Origin: Actinomycetes bacterium
GTDB taxonomy: Bacteria > Actinomycetota > Acidimicrobiia > Acidimicrobiales > RAAP-2
Assembly (NCBI GenBank): GCA_021809495.1
Contig: JAKAZI010000003.1
Location: forward strand, 368-64,367
DNA: 64,000 nt
Reading direction: 5' to 3'
Positions within the stretch are counted from its first letter, which is position 1. Each line of letters opens with the position of its first letter. This document shows, one piece after another, positions 40,488-49,451 of this stretch. A program made the position numbers and the translations under genes. The notes below the pieces were generated by a model. That model had not been told where the DNA came from and did no database searches. It saw only the letters and a program-made list of their open reading frames with translations.

Positions 40488-41499
40488 GCGAGGTCTTTCG
40501 CCATTCGAGACTGGCGTAGGCTGCGCCGCCGATCGGGATCGGGATCCAGAAGTTGATCAGACGGTAGGCGAGCACCGCGAGGATCGCCTGGCTGTGGGGC
40601 ACGCCGAAACCGACCAGGGTGGGGATGAGCACGCCCTCGACGACGCCGAGTCCCGCCGGGGTGATCGGAATCGCGGCGAGCACGTTGGCGAGGCCGTAGG
40701 CGACCAACAGATCGATCGGTGAGATCACGTGTCCGAAGGACCAGATGAAGACCCACAGACAGGCGGCGTCGAACAGCCAGTTCAACCCGGCCCAGGTGAA
40801 GGCCCACCACAGGGTGCGCCGGTTGTTGATCAAGACGGTGATCCGGTCGGCCACCTTGCCGAGGAGGTCGGAGACCTTGTCGGGATCGATCCGCGGAATG
40901 TGGGCCACGATCGCGCGCATCCAGTTGTCGGCGTGGCGCTGACCGCGGGTGAGCAGCACCAGGGTGCCAAAGAACGCCAGGAGCAAGAACACCCCGGCGA
41001 GCGCGGCGAACCCGTAGGCGGGGTTAAAGCCCCGCAGGGGGATCGAGACCACCAGCGCGCACCAGAAGATGATGTTGAGCACGACCGCCGAACCGGTGCC
41101 CTGGGTCGCCAGGCCGAAGGCGTTGGTCTCCTTGGGCACGCCGAGCTGGTTGAAGATCCGATAGGAGAGCGCGCCGGCCGGCGCGGTGCCGCCGGGGATG
41201 ACGTGGCTGATCGCGAGCCCGGCGAGATTGACCCGTAGCGTGGCGAAGCGGTGCGGCGAATACGGGTAGAGCACGGTGCGCGTCAGCTCGACGTAGGAGT
41301 AGATGGCGGCCATCTCGCATACGACCGCGACGGCGACGAGGATCGGGTTGATCGTCGCGAGCAGGTGCAGGGACTTGCGACCCGAGGCGAACTGGGGGAT
41401 CACGAAGTACGCGAAGACGAAGACGATCAGCCCGATGCTGACGGTGATGCGGATTTCGCGCGGTACGGAGAACCGGGATTTCGGCGTATCGGGTGGCAT
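40441..41499 (-). CDS. UPF0104/YbhN flippase-like (LPG synthase TM) membrane protein
   Basis: About 8 TM segments; PITPAGLGVVEG, LAYRLINFW. The 3' end overlaps ppk1 by 47 nt. Confidence 0.85.
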   Translation of the reverse strand: MPPDTPKSRFSVPREIRITVSIGLIVFVFAYFVIPQFASGRKSLHLLATINPILVAVAVVCEMAAIYSYVELTRTVLYPYSPHRFATLRVNLAGLAISHVIPGGTAPAGALSYRIFNQLGVPKETNAFGLATQGTGSAVVLNIIFWCALVVSIPLRGFNPAYGFAALAGVFLLLAFFGTLVLLTRGQRHADNWMRAIVAHIPRIDPDKVSDLLGKVADRITVLINNRRTLWWAFTWAGLNWLFDAACLWVFIWSFGHVISPIDLLVAYGLANVLAAIPITPAGLGVVEGVLIPTLVGFGVPHSQAILAVLAYRLINFWIPIPIGGAAYASLEWRKTSPNGSTVPGPAPTPDA

Positions 41500-41574
41500 C
41501 CCCACCAGCCTTACACGTCCGTCACGCACGCGGTGCCACCGCCGGGGCACTCGTCTCGCGACTAGAATCGATCG

Positions 41575-42306
41575 GTGCGCACGCTCGTCGTACTGCCGAC
41601 GTATAACGAAATTCTCAATATCGAACCCATGCTTCGCGCGCTTCGCGCGGTCGTCGCTGACGCGTCAATCCTGGTCGTCGACGACGGCAGTCCCGACGGC
41701 ACGGCCGTGCGGGCCCGCGAGTTGGCCGAGGAGCTCGGTTCGATCTCGATCCTCGAACGCGCCACCAAGAGTGGACTCGGCGGGGCGTACCGGGCCGGTT
41801 TCGCCTGGGGGATCGAGCGCGGCTTCACCCACGTCGTGGAGATCGACTGCGACTTCTCCCACGACCCACAGGCCCTGCCGACGTTGCTCGCCGCGGCCGC
41901 CGACCACGACGTCGTCATCGGCTCGCGCTACGTGCGCGGCGGGTCGATCCCGAAGTGGTCGATGCTGCGCCTGCTGCTCTCGCGCGGGGGCAACCAGTAC
42001 GCCTCGGTGATGTTGGGACTCAAGGTGAAGGACTCGACCGCGGGGTACCGCGTCTACTCGGACCGGGCGCTGCGCCTGATCGACTACACCAGCGTCACCG
42101 CCGACGGCTACGGCTTCCAGATCGAGATGACCTTTCGGGCCCGTCGCGCCGGCGCCACGATCGTCGAAGTGCCGATCTCCTTTACCGACCGCACCCGGGG
42201 CGAGTCCAAGATGTCGAGCGCGATCGTGGTGGAAGCGCTCTGGCTGGTCACCAAATGGGCGCTGGAGCGCCCCTTCGCGAGGCCGCGCTCACACTCGGTC
42301 GGCTAG
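41575..42306 (+). CDS. ppm1: Polyprenol monophosphomannose synthase (GT2)
   Basis: PTYNE, VDDGSPDGT, GLGGAY, DCDFSH, GSRY, GYGFQIE, GESKM. Confidence 0.9.
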   Translation: MRTLVVLPTYNEILNIEPMLRALRAVVADASILVVDDGSPDGTAVRARELAEELGSISILERATKSGLGGAYRAGFAWGIERGFTHVVEIDCDFSHDPQALPTLLAAAADHDVVIGSRYVRGGSIPKWSMLRLLLSRGGNQYASVMLGLKVKDSTAGYRVYSDRALRLIDYTSVTADGYGFQIEMTFRARRAGATIVEVPISFTDRTRGESKMSSAIVVEALWLVTKWALERPFARPRSHSVG

Positions 42307-43524
42307 CACCGAGGACAGGACGCTCGCGAGCTTGTCGCGGGTCTCCTCGCGCTCGGCGATCGGGTCCGATTCGCTGACGATGCCCGCACCGGCCCACGCC
42401 TCGAAGCCGGTCGCGCCCACCATGACCCCGCGGATGCCGATCCACCACTCACCGTCGCCCTCGGCGTCGAGCCAGCCGACCGGCCCGGCGTAGTGGCCGC
42501 GCGCGTGTGACTCGAGGCGGGCGATCAGCGCCGTCGCCGGGTCGCGCGGAATCCCACCGACCGCGGCGGTGGGGTGCAAGAGACGCAGCAGCGAAAGGGC
42601 GTCGGGCGCGCCGGGACCCCGGTGCACGCCGTTGATCCAGGTTCCCAGGTGGGCCACGGTGCGAAGCGCGACGATCGACGGTGACGCGTCGGCGACGAGG
42701 TCCTCGTAGTGGTCGTGGAGCCGCGCGACGAGGTCGTCGACGAGCAGCTCGTGCTCGTGGAGGTTCTTGGTGCTGCCGAGCAGCCAGTTCTCGTAGTCGT
42801 CGGGCGCGACGTTGGCCGGCAGGGCGATGGTGCCCGCCAAGGGGTGCAACTGGATGGTTGCGCCCGTACGGCGCGCGAGCAGTTCGGGGCTGGCGCCGAC
42901 GAAACGCCGGCCGTCGGGCAGCGGGAGGCTGTAGATCGTGCAGTGGGGTTCGCGGGTGCGCAGGCGCTGGGCGATCGCGGCGGGGTCGATCGGTTCGGGA
43001 ACGGTGCCCGAGACCGAGCGGGCGAGTACGACCTTATCCAACTCCTTGTGGCGCAGGATCTCCACGGCCAGGGCGACCTGGTGGGCGTACTCCTCGGGGG
43101 TGGGCTGGTACGAGATCGACCGGATCGACTGGAGGTCCTGGGTGGGCAGGGAGACCTCGTCGAGCAGCGGCGACCACGCCGGCGATCCCACTCGTTCGCT
43201 GAGCCAGGCCGCGCCGCTGCGGTCTTGGGTGATGGTGAAGCGGGGGATGACGAGGAGGCCGGGCAGGTCGCGTTCGAAGGGCAGGCTCGCGAAGGCCACG
43301 ATCCCCGATCCGACCGGTCCGTCGTCGCCGCTCAATTCGTGGGCGGCGAACAACGCGCGCGCGTCGCGGCCGTCCACGCCCGAGGCGAGTGACAACTCCT
43401 CGACGGCGCCGCCGAACCCGCAGCGAAGGACGTCGGGGGTCTCGACGAGCCAGCCGCTGCGCGCACAGAGCGCGCGCAGGACCTGGGTGGGCTGGGCGGC
43501 GATGCGGGTGCGCCGGAACTTCAC
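42289..43524 (-). CDS. menF: Isochorismate synthase
   Basis: KVVLAR, GASPE, LAGT, KNLHEH, LHPTAAVGG, RGHYAGPVGW, AGAGIV. GTGA overlap with menG. Confidence 0.85.
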   Translation of the reverse strand: MKFRRTRIAAQPTQVLRALCARSGWLVETPDVLRCGFGGAVEELSLASGVDGRDARALFAAHELSGDDGPVGSGIVAFASLPFERDLPGLLVIPRFTITQDRSGAAWLSERVGSPAWSPLLDEVSLPTQDLQSIRSISYQPTPEEYAHQVALAVEILRHKELDKVVLARSVSGTVPEPIDPAAIAQRLRTREPHCTIYSLPLPDGRRFVGASPELLARRTGATIQLHPLAGTIALPANVAPDDYENWLLGSTKNLHEHELLVDDLVARLHDHYEDLVADASPSIVALRTVAHLGTWINGVHRGPGAPDALSLLRLLHPTAAVGGIPRDPATALIARLESHARGHYAGPVGWLDAEGDGEWWIGIRGVMVGATGFEAWAGAGIVSESDPIAEREETRDKLASVLSSVLADRV

Positions 43525-44213
43525 GCCGACCTCGTGGCGAGGAACTGTTGGCTCAACCCTCCCATCACGAACCAATGGTTGACCGAGCTGAATCCAGCGT
43601 CGCGCAGCATCGAGAGCAGCTCCTCGGTCGGGGGCAGGTACGCCGTCGACTTGGGCAGGTAGTGATACGCGTTGCGGTCCGAGACGAGTGAGCCGACTAG
43701 TGGTACGACCCCGCGGAACCATACGCGGAACCCCGCGCGCAGGATCGCGCTCGTGGGTTCGGCGACCTCGAGCAGTGAGATCCGCCCCCCGGGGCGAACG
43801 ACGCGGCCCATCTCCACCAAGGTGGCGCGCAGGTCGGTGAAGTTGCGCAGCGCGTAGCCACACGTCACGCCGTCAAAGGCGCCGGAGGCGAAGGGCAGCT
43901 CGGCGGCGTTGGCCTGGACGCGCGCTCGCATGCCCGCCCCGGCGTTCAACATGCCAAAGCTGAGGTCGGTCGCGACCGCCCGGTGGCCCTGTCGCTCGAG
44001 CTCGCGCGTGAAGTCGCCCGTCCCCGCGGCGATGTCCAGGATCAGACTGGCCGGCGGCAGACGCAGGTCGCGCACCGCGCGCCGGCGCCACCGCGCGTCC
44101 AGCCCGAAGGTCATGAGGTGATTGACCAGTTCGTAGCGTCCGGCGATCGCGTCGAACATCGCGCGCACCTGGCGCGTCTTCTCGTTGCCCTCGGGCAATC
44201 GGTTGGGATCCAC
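43521..44213 (-). CDS. menG: Demethylmenaquinone methyltransferase (UbiE/MenG)
   Basis: MFDAIAGRY..N..TFG.D..WR, LDIAAGTGD, LRN, YHYLPKS. Confidence 0.9.
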   Translation of the reverse strand: MDPNRLPEGNEKTRQVRAMFDAIAGRYELVNHLMTFGLDARWRRRAVRDLRLPPASLILDIAAGTGDFTRELERQGHRAVATDLSFGMLNAGAGMRARVQANAAELPFASGAFDGVTCGYALRNFTDLRATLVEMGRVVRPGGRISLLEVAEPTSAILRAGFRVWFRGVVPLVGSLVSDRNAYHYLPKSTAYLPPTEELLSMLRDAGFSSVNHWFVMGGLSQQFLATRSA

Positions 44214-44215
44214 GG

Positions 44216-44671
44216 TCAGCGGTAGTACCGGTAGATGACCTGAGCGACGCACGCGGGCTTGGGGGAGTCTCGAATCTCGATCACCGCGTCCAGCGCGACG
44301 GTCACCCCGCCGTCAAAGGGCTCGACGGAGGCCAGCGTGGCGCCGGCGCGAATCGACGAGCCGACCGGGACCGGACTGGTGAAGCGCACCTTGTTGGTGC
44401 CGTAGTTGACGCCCATCGACACGCCGTCCACGCGCAGCACGCCGCTCAGCAGCACCGGCAGCAGCGAGAGCGTCAGGTAGCCGTGGGCGATCGTGCCGCC
44501 GAAGGGTCCGTGCGCGGCCCGCTCGACGTCTTCGTGGATCCACTGGTGGTCACCGGTAGCGGTCGCGAAGAGGTTGACCTGTTCTTGGGTCACCGTCTGA
44601 AAGTCGGAATAACCGAGGTGCTGGCCCACCATCGTCGCCAACTCCTCGATGCTCGCCACGCTCGTCGTCAT
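44216..44671 (-). CDS. MaoC family (R)-enoyl-CoA hydratase/dehydratase
   Basis: FATATGDHQWIH, TIAHG, NYG..KVRF..PV. Confidence 0.92.
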   Translation of the reverse strand: MTTSVASIEELATMVGQHLGYSDFQTVTQEQVNLFATATGDHQWIHEDVERAAHGPFGGTIAHGYLTLSLLPVLLSGVLRVDGVSMGVNYGTNKVRFTSPVPVGSSIRAGATLASVEPFDGGVTVALDAVIEIRDSPKPACVAQVIYRYYR

Positions 44672-44744
44672 CGCAACCTCCCGAAAGAGCCTATCCCCGG
44701 GCCTTCGTCATGAGCCGTTAACCTGAGCCTCGTACACTGATGGC

Positions 44745-45443
44745 ATGGAGCCAGGCGTACACGAAGAAGAGCACCGACAGATCTCGGGCGGTTGGGTGCG
44801 CGCGGGGATCTTCGGCGTGAGCGACGGACTCGTGACCAACGTGTCGCTGATCCTCGGCTTCGCCGGGGCGAATCCCGGACACGACGTCGTTCGCCTGGCG
44901 GGACTCGCCGGACTCGTCGCCGGTGGGTTCTCGATGGCGACCGGCGAGTACCTCTCGATGCGGGCCCAGAAGGAACTCCTCGAGTACGAGATCGACGTGG
45001 AGCGTCGTTCGATCGAGTCGAGCCCCGCGGCCGAGCAGGCCGAACTGCGCGACATCTTCGTCGCGCGCGGCATCGAGCAGGAGCTGGCCGAACGACTGTC
45101 GATCGACCTCATGCGCGACCCCGATCTCGCGTTGCGCACCCACACCCGAGAGGAGCTCGGAATCGACCCGTCGGCGACGGGCTCACCCATCTCGGCCGCG
45201 ATCTCCTCGCTGATCGCCTTCGCGGTCGGGGCCCTGGTGCCGCTGTTGCCCTGGCTCTGGTCGGCGAGTGGGAACGAGGTCCCCTGGTCGATTCTCTTCG
45301 GCGCGGTCGGCGCCGCGACCGTCGGGGGTTCGATCGGCTGGTTCACCCACAAGGGCGTCGTCAACTGGGCCGCGCGCCAGGTTGGCGTCGCGACGCTCGC
45401 CGCGCTGGTGACCTTCGGCGTGGGGCGACTCGTCGGCGGCTAG
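44745..45443 (+). CDS. VIT1/CCC1 Fe/Mn transporter
   Basis: FGVSDGLV, SMATGEYLS, EELG, GALVPLLP. Confidence 0.92.
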   Translation: MEPGVHEEEHRQISGGWVRAGIFGVSDGLVTNVSLILGFAGANPGHDVVRLAGLAGLVAGGFSMATGEYLSMRAQKELLEYEIDVERRSIESSPAAEQAELRDIFVARGIEQELAERLSIDLMRDPDLALRTHTREELGIDPSATGSPISAAISSLIAFAVGALVPLLPWLWSASGNEVPWSILFGAVGAATVGGSIGWFTHKGVVNWAARQVGVATLAALVTFGVGRLVGG

Positions 45444-45467
45444 CGAAGCGGGCGCGGCGCGAGCCCG

Positions 45468-46307
45468 TCAGTGGGCGGCGAAGCGGACGAGACGGTCTTC
45501 ACGGTCCAGCGAGAAGCCCAGGGACTCATAGAGCGCGCGCGCGGCGGTGTTGGACTCGTCGACGAACAGGGTCGCACTCGTGACGCCCTTGTGGCGCAGG
45601 GCGTTGAGGCCGTGCAAGACCATCATGCGACCGAGTCCGCGGCCGCGAAAGTCGGGGTGCACGGCGATGACGTAGATCTCGCCGAACCGATCGGGGTGCA
45701 GTTCGTGGACCTTGGTCCAGCACGACGCGGCCAGTCGGCCGTCGACCTCGAACAGGAAGAAGCCCGACGGGTCGAACCAGGGCTCTGAGAGTCGCTCGTC
45801 GAGCTGGCGCTCACTCCAGGCACCTTGTTCGGGGTGGTCGGCGAAGGCGGCGTTGTTCTGGGCGAGCCACCGGTGAGCGTCGTGGTCGGGGTCAAAGGTC
45901 CGCACCTCGCCGGGCAGCGCCACGTCGTGCTCGACGCGAACCGGCAGCGCGACGCGCAAGAGCTGCAGGGTGCGCACGACCGTCCCGCCCGCGGTGTCGT
46001 GGTCGCCGCGGGTCCACCAGTCCACGACGCCGTGACGATCAAGGACCGCCTCGAGCAGGCGTGGGTCGACTCCGCCGCCGCACATCTCAATGCCCGCCGG
46101 CTCGCCCGGGGTGAGCAGTGCGTAGCGGCGCACGTGGTCGTCCTCGAGGTCGAGCCAGTGCTCGCCGGCACCGCGGTGCACGACGGTACGGCGTCGGCCC
46201 TCGTCGATCGCCTCGCGTCCGAGTTCGCTCTCGGTGCGGTTGAACAGATCGAGGACCTCGAGGCGCTGATCGGCGGTGAGGGAAGGCGCCGAACACCACG
46301 TAGTCAT
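45468..46307 (-). CDS. mshD: Mycothiol synthase MshD (tandem GNAT)
   Basis: NNAAFADHPEQGAW, EPWFDP, CWTKVH, GEIYVIAVHP, GRGLG, LYESLGF. Confidence 0.88.
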   Translation of the reverse strand: MTTWCSAPSLTADQRLEVLDLFNRTESELGREAIDEGRRRTVVHRGAGEHWLDLEDDHVRRYALLTPGEPAGIEMCGGGVDPRLLEAVLDRHGVVDWWTRGDHDTAGGTVVRTLQLLRVALPVRVEHDVALPGEVRTFDPDHDAHRWLAQNNAAFADHPEQGAWSERQLDERLSEPWFDPSGFFLFEVDGRLAASCWTKVHELHPDRFGEIYVIAVHPDFRGRGLGRMMVLHGLNALRHKGVTSATLFVDESNTAARALYESLGFSLDREDRLVRFAAH

Positions 46308-46328
46308 GACTCAACGCTATCGGCGCTG

Positions 46329-46517
46329 TTAGCGCATGGAGCGCGAGACTCGATTGAGACGGCGCAGCAGCGTGGTCACCGCGCGCTCGGCCGCGACCAG
46401 CTCGGTGTAGACGTCGCTGTCTACGACCTTGCCGTCGAGTTCGACGAGGGCGGTCAGCCGCGCGGCCAGCTCCTCGAGCGTCGAGGTGATCGTGTTCAGT
46501 TCGCTCTGTACGGTCAT
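46329..46517 (-). CDS. Small helical hypothetical protein (62 aa)
   Basis: MTVQSELNTITSTLEEL...AERAV..LRRL; amphipathic, fills the gap between mshD and ygfZ. Confidence 0.65.
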   Translation of the reverse strand: MTVQSELNTITSTLEELAARLTALVELDGKVVDSDVYTELVAAERAVTTLLRRLNRVSRSMR

Positions 46518-46566
46518 CGGTCCGTTTCGGTTCGCTCGCGGCCAGGTGGCGCATACTGTAGTGGCG

Positions 46567-47259
46567 ATGCCGGACGACCACGCCTCGACGACCACGCTGC
46601 GCTGGGGTGCGCTGAAGGTCCTCGGCGATGACGCGGTGGCGTTCGTGCAGTCTCAGGTCAGCCAGGACCTGGAGGGAGACGGCGCGTGGCCGCGGTGGTC
46701 GGCGCTGCTCGACCCCGACGGCACGGTGGTGAGTGCCGGGGTGATTTCGGTGATCGAGGGGGGCCTCGAGTTCGTCGTGCCCGCGGCCACCGTGGAGACG
46801 GCGCTCGCGCGCCTCAATCGGTTTCGCCTGCGGGCGCGCTGTACGGTGACGAGCGAGTCAGCGGTGCCCGGACCCTACGCGGATCGCCTGGACCAGATTC
46901 GCGACGGCTGGCCGGGCCCCGAGGAGTTCGCGGCGCGACTCGTCGCCCAGTCCTACGGCGGTCGTTTCGTGGAGCGCACCGTGTCCTTCACCAAGGGTTG
47001 CTTCACGGGTCAAGAGCTCGTGGGCCGACTCGACGCGCGCGCGTCGAGTGTGCCCTGGCGGCTCGTGCGAGCCCGGGGCGATTCGATCGAGGCCCTTCAC
47101 GCATTCCTTCGCTCGACGGGTCCGTCGGGTCCGTCGGGACCGTCGGGGGTGACCTCGTGGGTTCGCGACGGGCGAGAATTTCTCGCGCTCGGCTTCGCCC
47201 ACCGAACACTGCTCACGGAGAGTGCGCCGGCGGGTGTCGCGTTCGAAGCGCTGCCCTGA
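46567..47259 (+). CDS. ygfZ: YgfZ/GcvT family folate-binding Fe-S maintenance protein
   Basis: G.DA..F.QSQVSQD and the signature KGCFTGQE. Confidence 0.88.
   Translation: MPDDHASTTTLRWGALKVLGDDAVAFVQSQVSQDLEGDGAWPRWSALLDPDGTVVSAGVISVIEGGLEFVVPAATVETALARLNRFRLRARCTVTSESAVPGPYADRLDQIRDGWPGPEEFAARLVAQSYGGRFVERTVSFTKGCFTGQELVGRLDARASSVPWRLVRARGDSIEALHAFLRSTGPSGPSGPSGVTSWVRDGREFLALGFAHRTLLTESAPAGVAFEALP
47119..47145 (+). repeat. Three in-frame 9-bp tandem repeats (GG[T/A]CCGTCG) encoding GPS-GPS-GPS
   Basis: Read directly from the sequence inside ygfZ. Confidence 0.7.
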
Positions 47260-47300
47260 GGTCGTCGTGCGTTAGCGTTCTCCTAGGAGGTCGTCGTGCG
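47258..47300 (+). repeat. 14-bp direct repeat GAGGTCGTCGTGCG (47258-47271 and 47287-47300)
   Basis: Exact copies flank the -10 TAGCGT; the second copy overlaps the RBS and start of the TrpF-like gene. Confidence 0.7.
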
Positions 47301-47949
47301 CCTGTTCGTCGAAGAACTCTTCATCATGGTCTCAGGGGTGACCACCGAGCAGGACGCGCTCATGTCGATCGGGCTCGGGGCCAACGCGGTCGCCTTCGAC
47401 TTCGGCCCCACGCCCCAGCGCATCGGCAGTGACGACGCCCGCGATATCATCCACCGCCTGCCGGCGGGGACCTTCACGGTGGGAACGTTTCGCAACGAGA
47501 TGCCCCAGCGGATCGTGGACGTCACCAACCGGCTGGGCCTGCACGCCGCCCAGCTGACCGGCCGCATGACCGCCGAGGAGATCCGCTACGTCTCCGAGCG
47601 CGTCAACACGGTCATCCGCTCCCTCGGACCAGGCGACTCGATGCGCAACGGCGTCGAGAACCTGGTCGACTACTTCGCCGTACCCGAGGCGGACGATCGC
47701 GCCGCTCTGGAGGACTGCCTCTCGATCCTCGCCGACGACTCGGTGCCTCGTCCCATCATCGTCTCGGGCGGACTGAGCGCGACCAACGTCGTCGAGGTCG
47801 TCCAGAACTATCCGGTCTGGGGGGTGGACGCCCGGTCCTGCGTCGACGCGGACGCATCGACCAAGGACCCGGTCCTGCTCGGTGAGTTCATCGCGAACGC
47901 CCGCTGGGCGGAGTCCAACGCCTACGTGACCCGACGACGAGGTGACTGA
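47296..47949 (+). CDS. TrpF (PRA isomerase)-like protein with catalytic residues substituted
   Basis: Colinear with TrpF (G.T...DA, VG.F.N, QL.G, SGGL...NV, GVD, KD), but KICG is MVSG and the catalytic Asp and GGxG loop are absent. Confidence 0.75.
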   Translation: MRLFVEELFIMVSGVTTEQDALMSIGLGANAVAFDFGPTPQRIGSDDARDIIHRLPAGTFTVGTFRNEMPQRIVDVTNRLGLHAAQLTGRMTAEEIRYVSERVNTVIRSLGPGDSMRNGVENLVDYFAVPEADDRAALEDCLSILADDSVPRPIIVSGGLSATNVVEVVQNYPVWGVDARSCVDADASTKDPVLLGEFIANARWAESNAYVTRRRGD

Positions 47950-49149
47950 CTAGTCCTGGAAGCGGCGAAAGACGACGGAGCCGTTGTGGCCGCCGAATCC
48001 GAACGAGTTCGAGAGCACCACGTCCACGCGCGCGGCGCGCGGTTCGCCGATCACCACGTCGAGCCCGATCTCGGGGTCGACGCTCGTCGTGCCCGCGGTG
48101 GGCGGAATGGTCTGCTCGAGCAGGGTCTTGACCGACGCGACTCCCTCGAGCGCACCAGCCGCGGCGAGCGAGTGGCCGAGGTGCCCCTTGATGGAGGTAA
48201 CCGGCGGCGCGTTCTCACCGAAGACGCGCCGTACGGCGAGCGCCTCAGCAAGGTCGTTAAGCGGTGTCGAGGTGCCGTGGGCGTTGATGTGGGAGACCTC
48301 GCTCGCGCTCATCCCCGCGTCGGCGAGAGCCAGCTCCATGCAGCGAATGGCCCCCTGGCCGCTCGGGTCGGGGGCGGTGATGTGGTGGGCGTCGGCCGTC
48401 GAGGCCGCGCCGACCACCTCGGCGAGAATGGTCGCGCCGCGCTCGAGCGCGTGGTTCCACTCCTCGAGCACGAGGATCCCGGCGCCCTCGCCCATGACGA
48501 AACCGTTTCGATCAACGTCGAAGGGTCGCGAGAAGTCGTTGTTGCTGAGTGCGGTCATGTTGCGAAAGCCGGCCTCGGCGATCTCGACGAGCACCGCTTC
48601 GGCGCCGCCGACGACCGCGATCGACGAGCGGCCGCTCGCGATCAGTCGCGCCCCGTTGCCAATGGCGTGCGTGCCGGCCGCGCAGGCGGTCGTCACGGTC
48701 TCACAGGGGCCACCGAGTCCGAATCGCATGGACACCGCGGCCGCGCCGGCGTTGGGCATCATCATCGGCACCATGAACGGCGACACGCGGTCCGCACCCT
48801 TCTCGCCCAACACGCGGACCTGCTCGAGGACGGTCTGCAGTCCACCGATGCCGGTCGTGACGATGGAGGCGGCGTCGGTGAGCGGTCCCTCAAGACCGCT
48901 CTGGCGCCACGCTTCGTCGGCGGCCATCAGGGCGTAGAGCGCGAAGGGGTCGAGGCGGCGCAACTCCTTGGGCCCACCGATGTGGGACGCGTCGAAGTCA
49001 CCGACGCGCTTGGACGAGGGCGCCGAGGCACGCTGGAGCGCCTCCCACAGCGCGGCCACGCCAACGCCGGCGCACGAGAGTGCCCCGAGTCCGGTGACCG
49101 CGACGCGGTAGCCCTCGACGGGACCGTTCGGAGTGACCGCGACGCGCAC
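47950..49149 (-). CDS. fabF: 3-oxoacyl-ACP synthase II
   Basis: TACAAG, HGTST and GHSL give the Cys-His-His triad; NSFGFGGHN. Confidence 0.96.
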   Translation of the reverse strand: MRVAVTPNGPVEGYRVAVTGLGALSCAGVGVAALWEALQRASAPSSKRVGDFDASHIGGPKELRRLDPFALYALMAADEAWRQSGLEGPLTDAASIVTTGIGGLQTVLEQVRVLGEKGADRVSPFMVPMMMPNAGAAAVSMRFGLGGPCETVTTACAAGTHAIGNGARLIASGRSSIAVVGGAEAVLVEIAEAGFRNMTALSNNDFSRPFDVDRNGFVMGEGAGILVLEEWNHALERGATILAEVVGAASTADAHHITAPDPSGQGAIRCMELALADAGMSASEVSHINAHGTSTPLNDLAEALAVRRVFGENAPPVTSIKGHLGHSLAAAGALEGVASVKTLLEQTIPPTAGTTSVDPEIGLDVVIGEPRAARVDVVLSNSFGFGGHNGSVVFRRFQD

Positions 49150-49388
49150 TACAGCTTCGCGTATACGAGTTCGAAGGCCTGGCCCACCGTGCTGATGTCC
49201 TTCAACTCGTCCTCGCCGACCTCGATGTCGAAGGTCTCCTCGAGGGCCATGACCAGTTCTACGAGGTCGAGGCTGTCCGCGCCGAGGTCGTCGGCGAAGG
49301 ACGCGTCGGGGGTCACCTTGGACGCGTCGACGGCGAGTACCTCGACGGCGTTGTCCGTGAACTTCTTAAATGCTTCGTCGCGATCCAT
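49149..49388 (-). CDS. acpP: Acyl carrier protein
   Basis: DLGADSLDLVELVM. Confidence 0.97.
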   Translation of the reverse strand: MDRDEAFKKFTDNAVEVLAVDASKVTPDASFADDLGADSLDLVELVMALEETFDIEVGEDELKDISTVGQAFELVYAKL

Positions 49389-49451
49389 TGCTCTTAACCC
49401 CTTGTTTGGTATCGCCGTATCGTACTAAATCGAGTGCGCCGCGCGAACCAC

